59,972 nt of DNA from Candidatus Micrarchaeota archaeon. Lineage in GTDB: Archaea > Iainarchaeota > Iainarchaeia > Iainarchaeales > 1-14-0-10-31-34. The notes below the pieces were generated by a model. The model saw nothing but the letters and a program-made list of their open reading frames with translations. It had not been told where the DNA came from and made no database searches. Shown here piece after piece: positions 36,461 to 44,106 of the stretch. Location of the stretch: positions 1 to 59,972 of the forward strand of contig JAHJUD010000009.1 in the NCBI GenBank assembly GCA_018829335.1, read 5' to 3'. The number at the start of each line of letters is the position of its first letter. Positions within the stretch are counted from its first letter, which is position 1. The translations under genes were made by a program, and so were the position numbers.

Positions 36461-37591
36461 TTAATTTCCGTAAATTTTGTAAAGCCAGCCAACAATTTGC
36501 TCGTTTACTCCTAGAAGTTTTAGTTCTTCAGGGCTTAATTTTCCAGTTAACTCTTTGACGTAGTCTGATAGTCGAGACACATTCAAATAATCAAAGTATT
36601 CTTTTTTCCATTCTTTTTCAGGGTAATTTTTTTTAATGTAATCAACAACATCACCTTGTCCTTTCAGATAACTTACAGTTTTTGCATCCGCCTTTGTTAA
36701 ACTAGCAGTCAGTTCATCAGCACTTTTTTCAGGTGCTTTCTGTTTTTTAACCACTGTTTTTTTTGTTTCAGGAAACGGAAATCTTTCGCTGAATGAAACC
36801 TCTCTTGTGATGTTTCCGTCTTTGTCAAAAAACAACTGGACTTTTGTGGAAATCTTTGCAGAACTTCCTGTAGGGACTGCTTCCTGCGAAGCAGGATCCA
36901 TTTTTACTCCTGAAACATTTCCTGCCTGAAACAATACAAGTTTTTTTGTTCTTCCGTCAAAAACATAAATTCTTTCTGAAAGCTTTTCTGCTGAAGGGAA
37001 ATAAAATCTTCCTTCAAGGTTTGGATTATGTTTTAATCCTGCACCTGAAATAGTTTCTTCTAAAAGGTTTTCAGGCATTTTCTTGTATTTTGAGTAAACA
37101 TTGTAGTTAAACGAAACTCCTTCAAATGGCCGCACTCTGTTAAGAGAAAAAGCAGTTGAAGAAAGCTGTTTGCTGATTACAGTGCTTTGCTGTTCTGAAA
37201 TTTTTTGCCCTGTTCTCCAACGATGAATTAATGCATTAGGGGTATTTAATGAAATTCTTTCCAAAAGCAAATCTCCACCCATGTTCCAATATCTTGTTAC
37301 ATTTCTTGCAATGCCTTGTTTTCTTATTCTCTGCCTCTGCACTATTGCGCCTTCTCCTTTAAGGAGTTTTGGATTGAACGAAATAACATTTGAACTGCTT
37401 GGAGTGGAAGTTTTTTTTAAGACAGCAGGCTTTGAAGTTCCAGCAACTTTTCTTATAAGTAACTTTATTTCACTTGCCAAAGGATACACTGCAAGCTTTT
37501 GCCCTCTTTCAGCAGGAACAAGCTTTTTTGAAGGCTTCGCTCGAGGAACAGCACGAAGTTCACCTCTTTTTTTACTCCAAGGCAGTTTCAT
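36461..37591 (-). CDS. Hypothetical protein (376 aa), basic N-terminus
   Basis: Long ORF with an ATG start and no recognisable motifs. Visibly higher G+C than its neighbours. Confidence 0.5.
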   Translation of the reverse strand: MKLPWSKKRGELRAVPRAKPSKKLVPAERGQKLAVYPLASEIKLLIRKVAGTSKPAVLKKTSTPSSSNVISFNPKLLKGEGAIVQRQRIRKQGIARNVTRYWNMGGDLLLERISLNTPNALIHRWRTGQKISEQQSTVISKQLSSTAFSLNRVRPFEGVSFNYNVYSKYKKMPENLLEETISGAGLKHNPNLEGRFYFPSAEKLSERIYVFDGRTKKLVLFQAGNVSGVKMDPASQEAVPTGSSAKISTKVQLFFDKDGNITREVSFSERFPFPETKKTVVKKQKAPEKSADELTASLTKADAKTVSYLKGQGDVVDYIKKNYPEKEWKKEYFDYLNVSRLSDYVKELTGKLSPEELKLLGVNEQIVGWLYKIYGN

Positions 37592-37629
37592 AGACCAATA
37601 TTGTTTTCTTTCTTTAAAAACTTTTCAGT

Positions 37630-37962
37630 TCAGCTAATTTTTGAACCAGAAGGAATTTCTTTGTCTGTGGTAAGCAATACAACTTTCCCGTTTTCTTCTG
37701 CTGCCAAAAGCATTCCTTCAGATAAAATTCCGCCTAATTTTTTTGGTTCAAGGTTTGCAACAATAATTAGTGTTTTTCCCTGTAATTCTTCAGGAGAATA
37801 ATATTCCCTTAAGCCTGCAACTAAAGTCCTTTTTTCTTTTCCGACTTCAATTGTTAATTTATACAGTTTGTCTTTTCCTTCAATGTTTTGCACTTCAATG
37901 ATTTTTGCTGTCCTTAAATCAAGCTTTAAAAAATCGTCAAAAGAAATTTTTTCTTTGTCCAT
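37630..37962 (-). CDS. tRNA-binding domain protein (Trbp111/CsaA/EMAP-II-like OB fold)
   Basis: LDLRTAKIIEVQNIEGKDKLYKLTIEVG...LVAGLREYY..EELQGKTLIIVANLEPKKLGGILSEGMLLAA is the canonical tRNA-binding OB motif. 110 aa. Confidence 0.85.
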   Translation of the reverse strand: MDKEKISFDDFLKLDLRTAKIIEVQNIEGKDKLYKLTIEVGKEKRTLVAGLREYYSPEELQGKTLIIVANLEPKKLGGILSEGMLLAAEENGKVVLLTTDKEIPSGSKIS

Positions 37963-38086
37963 TAAACTTCACCAAATAATTTTAGAAAGCTAATTCTTAA
38001 AAATACAGTCCAGACTTAAACTGTGTGTTTTGTCAGTTTTCTTTTTTGAGCAACCGGTTGCCTTTTCTTTCTTTGGGCAACTTGCA

Positions 38087-38114
38087 CTTTCTTTCTTTCG
38101 GAAAAGAAAGAAAG
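38087..38114 (-). terminator. Perfect 12-bp hairpin (CTTTCTTTCTTT / cgga / AAAGAAAGAAAG)
   Basis: 38087-38098 pairs perfectly with 38103-38114 around a 4-nt loop. It lies 7 nt downstream of the stop of the 38121-38321 gene on the minus strand. Confidence 0.45.
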
Positions 38115-38120
38115 GGCAGA

Positions 38121-38321
38121 TTAGCTGACTTCAGTTAACCTTTTAACATTAATTTTGACTTTAGAGTTAATATCTGAAATCATTTCAGACTCTTCCAGAT
38201 AACGCACTGCTCTTTTTATTTCTCTAACACTTAAATTAGTTTTTTCTGACAATAAAACCAAATCAAGTTTCCTGTCTGGCTTTATTTCACGAAAAACTTT
38301 CAGGTAATTAATCAAGTTCAT
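38121..38321 (-). CDS. Small winged-helix-like DNA-binding protein (66 aa)
   Basis: The segment LVLLSEKTNLSVREIKRAVRYLEESEMI is HTH-like. ATG start with a ggggatt Shine-Dalgarno-like motif upstream. Confidence 0.5.
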   Translation of the reverse strand: MNLINYLKVFREIKPDRKLDLVLLSEKTNLSVREIKRAVRYLEESEMISDINSKVKINVKRLTEVS

Positions 38322-38366
38322 TTAATCCCCAAATTCTGCGATAAAAATAACGAAGAAGTTATATAT

Positions 38367-38421
38367 AAAACTTTTGGAAAAAGTTTTATCAAAAACAACT
38401 TTTACAAAAGTTGTATCAAAA
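38367..38421. promoter_or_regulatory. Tandem 27/28-nt repeat, each unit containing an AACTTTT-N2-3-AAAAGTT palindrome (operator candidate)
   Basis: Unit 1 is aaaacttttggaaaaagtttt+atcaaaa (38367-38394). Unit 2 is acaacttttacaaaagttgt+atcaaaa (38395-38421). Unit 1 overlaps the TATA-like ttttatatataa (38359-38370, minus strand) upstream of the wHTH gene. Confidence 0.55.
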
Positions 38422-38422
38422 T

Positions 38423-38441
38423 GCACAGGACAAGCCTGTGC
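38423..38441 (-). terminator. GC-rich hairpin GCACAGG-acaag-CCTGTGC downstream of the methyltransferase gene
   Basis: 7-bp perfect stem and 5-nt loop, about 10 nt past the stop at 38451. Confidence 0.35.
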
Positions 38442-38450
38442 TGCAACAAA

Positions 38451-39200
38451 TCATTTCTCTAAACAAAAAGAATAGTATTTTTCTGCTTCAAATTCTTTTA
38501 TCACTTTTAGTCCATTAAAATACGCCATTAATTTTTCTTTTGGAATGATTTCTTCTTCAGCAAAAGGAATCCCGTTTTCCTGATGCCTTGCCTTGTGTTC
38601 TTCTTCCCATGCATCAAAAAAAATGTCTGAGACTCCGATGAATCCATTGCTTACACGCATTAATTCTACAGCAGCTTTTTGCTTGTCAAAATCAGGAATA
38701 TGATGGAAAACAAAATTCATTAAACTTAAATCAAAAAAATTATCTCCTTTAGGGATTTCAGTCACAGAAGAAACAATTGAATGTGCAGAAGAAAGTTTTG
38801 TTTTTAATTTTTCAAGTTTCTTCCAGTAAAGACTTTCATTTTGTTCAGAAGGCACAGGCAAAGAAAAATTTCCTTTGATTGTTTCGCTTAAAACTTTCTG
38901 AGATGGGTCCAATAAAAAAAGTTCTGTTTTTTCAAGTAAATCCAAAGGCATTTTTTCAAGTGCAATAAGGGAACTTAATGCACCTATAGCACAGCCTGCA
39001 TCAAGAAGCCTTATTTTTTCTTTTTTTTCGAATTCATTGCATTTTTCTTCAAGATAAAAAGAAAGGCATTCAGCCACTTTTTTGTTTCCTTCAACAACAA
39101 AAGGATGTTTTCCATATGTTTCAGCAATTTTGTTGTTTAGGTTTCCGAAACGGTTAATTGAAGATTCAAGGAATTTTCTTCTTATTTCGTCTTTGCTCAT
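38451..39200 (-). CDS. Class I SAM-dependent methyltransferase
   Basis: ATG at 39200 (MSKDEIRRKF); the track start at 39245 is TTG and would overlap the upstream gene. Motif I LLDAGCAIGALS. Confidence 0.7.
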   Translation of the reverse strand: MSKDEIRRKFLESSINRFGNLNNKIAETYGKHPFVVEGNKKVAECLSFYLEEKCNEFEKKEKIRLLDAGCAIGALSSLIALEKMPLDLLEKTELFLLDPSQKVLSETIKGNFSLPVPSEQNESLYWKKLEKLKTKLSSAHSIVSSVTEIPKGDNFFDLSLMNFVFHHIPDFDKQKAAVELMRVSNGFIGVSDIFFDAWEEEHKARHQENGIPFAEEEIIPKEKLMAYFNGLKVIKEFEAEKYYSFCLEK

Positions 39201-39207
39201 TTTAATC

Positions 39208-39876
39208 CTAATAATTTTTTGGCTTAAAAAAGCCTTTTTTTGCAAAAAAAGTTTTTACGTGAACCATTAAAGAGCTTCTTTTGCCTGAAACTTTAACTAA
39301 ATTTTTTTTCATCATTTTTCTTGCGTCTTCCAGAGAAAAAGCTTTTGGCAGTTCAATGAAAGCGTTTCCGATTTCTTCAGGAAAATGCGCATCGCTTCCT
39401 GCAGTTACAGGCAAATTATGAGCTAAAGCAAAAGCTTTGGCTTTTGAATTAAATGAATCAGAATAACAGCGTGAATTAAAGACTTCAACTGCATCAATTT
39501 TTTTAAATTCAGTTTTCAGATAAGAAAAATTGCTTCTCAAAAAATCAAACGGATGAGGCACAGTAATAAAAGCATCTTGTTCTCTTAAGGAATCAATTAC
39601 TTCAAGGTAATTTCCCGGCTTAACGTACTCGTTCATAAACAAGCCGATTAATTCTCCCCCAATTTTTTTTTCGTCAAAAGTCATTATTTCTTCGCCTTGA
39701 ATTACTTTAACTTTTCCTGTTCTTCCAAGAGAATTCATTTCTTTCCAGGCTCGATTAGTGTTATGGTCTGTTATTGCTATAGCCAAATCTTTTTTGTGTG
39801 CCATATGAATAATTGTTTTTGGCCTGTTAACTGAATCCCCTGAACGAAAAGAATGAATATGACAGTCAATTTTCAT
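39208..39876 (-). CDS. PHP-domain metal-dependent phosphoesterase
   Basis: MKIDCHIHSFRSGDS, AITDHN, VPHPFD and AGSDAHF are the His/Asp metal-ligand motifs of the PHP family. Confidence 0.8.
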   Translation of the reverse strand: MKIDCHIHSFRSGDSVNRPKTIIHMAHKKDLAIAITDHNTNRAWKEMNSLGRTGKVKVIQGEEIMTFDEKKIGGELIGLFMNEYVKPGNYLEVIDSLREQDAFITVPHPFDFLRSNFSYLKTEFKKIDAVEVFNSRCYSDSFNSKAKAFALAHNLPVTAGSDAHFPEEIGNAFIELPKAFSLEDARKMMKKNLVKVSGKRSSLMVHVKTFFAKKGFFKPKNY

Positions 39877-39926
39877 TTAAATCACTTAAATTTAACTAGT
39901 TTATTGCATTAAATAATATTCTTTCA

Positions 39927-39937
39927 GATATATAAAA
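39927..39937 (+). promoter_or_regulatory. TATA-like box upstream of the cysteine desulfurase gene
   Basis: gatatataaaa is centred about 22 nt upstream of the ATG at 39954, implying a leaderless or very short-leader mRNA. Confidence 0.4.
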
Positions 39938-39953
39938 CCGTGCAAGTGAAAAA

Positions 39954-41174
39954 ATGAATGAAAAAATAAGAAAAGATTTTCCATTGCTTGAAAGACAAGA
40001 CAACGGGAAAAAAATAATTTACTTTGACAATGCGGCTACCTCATTAAAGCCTTTAAGCGTAATAAAAGCAGTAAATGAATATAATTCAACTGGAACTGCA
40101 AATATTCATAGAGGAGTACATAAATTAAGCGAAGAAACCTCAATTTTGTATGAAAAAGCCCATGACAAGACAGCAGAATTTTTTGGCGCAAAAAAAGAAG
40201 AATTTGTTTTTACAAAAAATGCAACAGAAGCAATTAATTCAGTAATGTATTCCCTGCTTACTTCAGATTTTTTCACCAAAGGAGACAAAATTTTACTTTC
40301 AGAAATGGAGCATCATGCAAATCTGGTTCCATGGCAATTGCTTGAAAAAAAAGGTTTAGCTGAATTAGAATTTGTTAAATTAAACGAGGATTTTACTTTA
40401 AACATGCAAGACTTTGAAGAAAAACTTGATTCAAAAACAAAATTGGTTGCCTTAACACATGCATCAAACACTATTGCAACAATTAATCCAATAAAAGAAA
40501 TAGGGAAAATGGCTAAAGACAACAATTCTCTTTTTTTGGTTGACGGCGCACAAAGCGCACCGCATATGGAAATAAATTTTCCGAAATTAAACGCAGACTT
40601 TTTTGCTTTTGCAGGACACAAAATGTTAGGGCCTTCAGGAACAGGCGGATTAATTGCAAAAAAAGAACTCCTAGAAAAATTCAATCCGTTTCTTTTCGGA
40701 GGAAGCATGATTCATTCAGTTAAATTGCATGAAAGCACTTGGAATAAGATTCCGTGGAAATTTGAGGCAGGAACACCAAATATTTCAGGAATGATTGGAT
40801 TAGGCAAAGCAGTTGAATACCTTAAAGAAATAGGAATGGATAAAATCAGAGACCACGAAAAAGAATTAACAAGATATGCCCTGGAAAAAGTTGCAGAAAT
40901 TGCTTCAATCAAAGTTTATAATCCAAAAAACGAAGAAAAACAAGTAGGCATTTTATTGTTTGAAGCAAAAGGCATTGAAGCACACGACCTTGCAATCACT
41001 TTAGACGAATTCTCAAACATTGCAGTAAGAAGCGGAATGCACTGCGCTGAACCATTGGTAAGTTCACTTAACCCAAAAGGATTAGACAGGGCTTCATTTT
41101 ATTTATATAACACAAAAGAAGAAATAGATGAATTTGCACAAGCACTTAAAACAATAACAAAAAGCTTCTTGTAA
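39954..41174 (+). CDS. sufS: Cysteine desulfurase, SufS/CsdA-type (class V aminotransferase)
   Basis: YFDNAATS, HRGVHKLS, HHANLVPW, PLP-lysine context FAGHKMLGPSGTGGL, and catalytic Cys loop RSGMHCAEP. Confidence 0.9.
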   Translation: MNEKIRKDFPLLERQDNGKKIIYFDNAATSLKPLSVIKAVNEYNSTGTANIHRGVHKLSEETSILYEKAHDKTAEFFGAKKEEFVFTKNATEAINSVMYSLLTSDFFTKGDKILLSEMEHHANLVPWQLLEKKGLAELEFVKLNEDFTLNMQDFEEKLDSKTKLVALTHASNTIATINPIKEIGKMAKDNNSLFLVDGAQSAPHMEINFPKLNADFFAFAGHKMLGPSGTGGLIAKKELLEKFNPFLFGGSMIHSVKLHESTWNKIPWKFEAGTPNISGMIGLGKAVEYLKEIGMDKIRDHEKELTRYALEKVAEIASIKVYNPKNEEKQVGILLFEAKGIEAHDLAITLDEFSNIAVRSGMHCAEPLVSSLNPKGLDRASFYLYNTKEEIDEFAQALKTITKSFL

Positions 41175-41223
41175 AAACTGAACGTAAACATTAAATACCC
41201 AAAAGCACTTTATTTTAGCTGAA

Positions 41224-42780
41224 ATGGCTTTCAGTACAGAAGAATTAATTCAGATTGGATTGGTTGTAGGAATCATTATAGTCTTTGGATTAGTTGTTTA
41301 CAATTACCTAAAAAGCAAAGGCGTGTTTGAAAAAAGAAAAGAAGAAAAAAAATCCCTTTCCTTTACTAAAAACAGGAAAATGCGGGGATTAGAAAAACTG
41401 ATTCCAGAAAAAAAATTAAGCAGAAAGCCTACCATGACTGAAATAAAATTCGAGAACGGTTTATGGGAGCCAGAAGAAATGGAACTCAAAAAAGAAGACT
41501 TAAATAAAAAGAAAGAAGAAGCGCCATTGCTGAAAGAACAAAAAACAAAGAAAACAGAAGTTCTTCCTGCTGAAATAAAATCAAAAGGAAAATTTGCATT
41601 CAATAAAATCATTCCAGGAAAAAAAGAAGAAAAAACAGTGAAAAAACTAGAAGAAAAATCACTGGCTGGAATCATTTCAGGAAAATCAAAAACAAAAGAA
41701 AAACCAGAAGAAAAATACAGTGAAATGGGAAAAAAACTAGAAGAAAAAATAAAGGAAATGGAAGAAAAAAAGAAAGCACAAAAACCAGTGGATTTGTTTG
41801 CTTTGCCTGAAGACAAAGGAACAGGAAAAACTGCCGGAAGGAAAATAATTGAAGGAATAAAATCTGAACCAAAACTATTCAGAAGCCAAGAAGAAAAAGA
41901 AAAACACGAACAAAAATTCGTTCAAAAAATACTTGATTCAAAAGAAGATGAACTAGAATCAATAAGCAAGGCAATAGAAACCAAACCAGACGAAAAATGG
42001 AATAAAGAAAAACAAGAGACAATAAAAGCCTTAAGGAAAGAGTTTGAAGAATTTGACAAAAAAGAAGATTTATGGAAAGACAAAAAAGAAGAAAAAACAT
42101 TAAAAGCAAAAGAAGTTCAAAAAAAAGAAATCGTTGAAACAAAAAAAGAAGAACCTGAAGAAAAGCAAATCAAAGAAAAAGAAACCAAAAAGAAAGAAAA
42201 GCCATTGACAGAAATTGAATCAAACGGAAAGTTTGCTTTCAGAAAAAAACACGTTGAACAAAAAAAAGAGTTAAAGAAAAACAAAGGCTTTGATGAGGAA
42301 ATGAAAAAGCTTTTAGAAGAAAAAAGAAAAAAAATAAAAAAACAGAAAGGAAAAACTTTTGAACCAAAAAAAATCATGCAGGAAAAGCCTGAACCAAAAA
42401 TAAAAAAAGAAGAAATTTTTATTCAACCAGAACCAAAAAAACTTGTTTTAAAAGAAAAAGAAGAAAAAATTGTTCCAACAAAACCAGAAACCCCGCAAAC
42501 CACAAAAACAGGAAAATATACTTTTGAGCCGACACAAGAAGAAATAGAAATGAAAAAAAAACAGAAAAAACCAAAAAACAAAGGATTGTTTGCAAGATTT
42601 GGAATCGGAGTCAAAAAAGTTAAATTAACCAAAGAAGAAGAAGAAAAAGCACAAAAAATACTGATGGTTTTAAAAGAAAAAAAGGCAGAATATTCAAAGG
42701 AAGACATGATTGAAGCAATGAAAAACCTGGGTTACAGCGAAAAAATAACTCAAGAGGTTTTAAGGCGGTTATATGGATAA
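41224..42780 (+). CDS. N-terminally anchored, extremely K/E-rich protein with GK(F/Y)xF repeats and a conserved C-terminal module
   Basis: 518 aa. TM helix IQIGLVVGIIIVFGLVVYNYL. Low-complexity K/E body. Three copies of GKFAF/GKYTF. C-terminal YSKEDMIEAMKNLGYSEKITQEVLRRLY. Confidence 0.65.
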   Translation: MAFSTEELIQIGLVVGIIIVFGLVVYNYLKSKGVFEKRKEEKKSLSFTKNRKMRGLEKLIPEKKLSRKPTMTEIKFENGLWEPEEMELKKEDLNKKKEEAPLLKEQKTKKTEVLPAEIKSKGKFAFNKIIPGKKEEKTVKKLEEKSLAGIISGKSKTKEKPEEKYSEMGKKLEEKIKEMEEKKKAQKPVDLFALPEDKGTGKTAGRKIIEGIKSEPKLFRSQEEKEKHEQKFVQKILDSKEDELESISKAIETKPDEKWNKEKQETIKALRKEFEEFDKKEDLWKDKKEEKTLKAKEVQKKEIVETKKEEPEEKQIKEKETKKKEKPLTEIESNGKFAFRKKHVEQKKELKKNKGFDEEMKKLLEEKRKKIKKQKGKTFEPKKIMQEKPEPKIKKEEIFIQPEPKKLVLKEKEEKIVPTKPETPQTTKTGKYTFEPTQEEIEMKKKQKKPKNKGLFARFGIGVKKVKLTKEEEEKAQKILMVLKEKKAEYSKEDMIEAMKNLGYSEKITQEVLRRLYG

Positions 42781-43936
42781 AACAAAAAAAATTGTTTTTG
42801 TTCTTTCAGTTTTCCTGCTGGTAATGTTTACAGGATGCATTCAGCTGGTAAAAAACGGTGAAGAAACAATTCAGATAAATTATTCAAAAAATGGTTCAGC
42901 ATATTTTGTTCACACAATAAAAGGCCAGAAAGGAGACGCATACTTTAACTGGGAAGGAGACTGCACTAACCTTGCAAAAGGAATAATTGACGCAAACATA
43001 GGCAACTTCCAAAAACAATCATTAGAAATAAAGAATTCAGCAAACCTAACCCAAGAAGAAAAAAACGAATTAATAGAAGAAAACAATAGAAAAATAAACA
43101 CTCTTCTTTCAATTAAGTCAAACATTAAATGCTCTTTAAAAGACGAGAATTCAATGGCTGTTCTGGAATACTCTTTTAATTTAACCCAAGGATTTGAAAA
43201 CATCAAGCTGTTGAATAGCAATTACGATTTTTCTCTTGTAAAAACAGAAGACACAATTGATTCAAAAATAAAAGTAAATGACACAGCAGACCAAAAAACA
43301 GGAAATATTCTGACAAAAATAAGAATTTACTCTGATGCAGAAATAAAAGAAATTGAACCCAAAGAAAAATTTGAATTCACCGGCCAAACATATGACATTA
43401 ACATGCTTGGAATGGACGGAAAAGACATTACAATAAAAATAAACAGAAAACAGGCAGGAACAGGAACAATACCAGATGACGGAGAAAAAAAAGACATTAT
43501 TTCTCTGCTAATTGAAGGATTTACCCCTGAAAAAATAATCAGCTTGGAAAAAGAAGACCCAGTGCAATGGATTCCAGATGCATTAATTTTATTGATTCTG
43601 ATAATACTTGTCGCAAAACTTGTTAAAGGAATCAAATTGCCGGAAAAAGAAGAAACCCTGCCAAAAGAACAGCAATTAGAAGAAAAAATTCTTTCAAAAG
43701 AAAAAAAAATTACTTTAAAGAAAAAAGACTTTGCTTTTATGAGACAGCAAATAAACGCAAAACCGCCTGTCAAGCAAATGTTTACTGAAGAAGAAAAAAA
43801 ACAAATTAAAACAATAATAATGTCCTTAAAAGAAACCTTCAACAAATACTCAAAAGAAGAAATAAAAAAAGCAGTAATGGGAAAAGGCTATTCAGACAAA
43901 GTCGCACAAGAAGTCGCTGATTTTTTCTACCCATAA
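42773..43936 (+). CDS. Lipoprotein-like membrane protein with the same C-terminal module
   Basis: 387 aa. Signal/lipobox-like VFLLVMFTGC. Ectodomain, TM ALILLILIILVAKLV, K/E linker, and C-terminal YSKEEIKKAVMGKGYSDKVAQEVADFFY. 8-nt overlap with the upstream gene. Confidence 0.65.
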   Translation: MDKTKKIVFVLSVFLLVMFTGCIQLVKNGEETIQINYSKNGSAYFVHTIKGQKGDAYFNWEGDCTNLAKGIIDANIGNFQKQSLEIKNSANLTQEEKNELIEENNRKINTLLSIKSNIKCSLKDENSMAVLEYSFNLTQGFENIKLLNSNYDFSLVKTEDTIDSKIKVNDTADQKTGNILTKIRIYSDAEIKEIEPKEKFEFTGQTYDINMLGMDGKDITIKINRKQAGTGTIPDDGEKKDIISLLIEGFTPEKIISLEKEDPVQWIPDALILLILIILVAKLVKGIKLPEKEETLPKEQQLEEKILSKEKKITLKKKDFAFMRQQINAKPPVKQMFTEEEKKQIKTIIMSLKETFNKYSKEEIKKAVMGKGYSDKVAQEVADFFYP

Positions 43937-43963
43937 ACCCTTTAATAAAGGGTTTAACCAAAC

Positions 43964-43982
43964 GTCCAGCACAAGGCTGGAC
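43964..43982. other. GC-rich hairpin GTCCAGC-acaag-GCTGGAC in a convergent spacer
   Basis: 7-bp perfect stem. The loop is identical to that of the hairpin at 38423-38441. Confidence 0.4.
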
Positions 43983-44106
43983 TGCATTTAAGAAAAGTTT
44001 CATCAAAACGCATGACCTTTGTTTCACTTAGTCCTGCTGTTTCGCCGTTTCAGCACCATGCATTATCTTCGCTTTCAGCTCGATAAAGCTTGCTTCGCTC
44101 TTTAAC

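Noticed and set aside
38367-38421. Tandem repeat considered as a mini CRISPR array
   Set aside because: There are only two directly abutting units with no spacers. The units are internally palindromic and AT-rich, and no cas genes are in the window. An operator interpretation fits better.
41304-42707. Five minus-strand ORFs (66-170 aa; 41304-41816, 41672-41872, 41879-42142, 42117-42377, 42423-42707) antisense to the K/E-rich gene
   Set aside because: They are Phe/Ser/Leu-rich mirror images of the AAA/GAA-rich sense strand, with no motifs. This is the typical antisense artefact of low-complexity coding DNA.
43839-44027. 62-aa minus-strand ORF in the spacer between the 387-aa gene and metK
   Set aside because: It overlaps the 3' end of the 387-aa gene and the hairpin-rich spacer. 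It is Cys/Leu/Arg-rich with no motif. The region is better explained as structured non-coding DNA (see finding).
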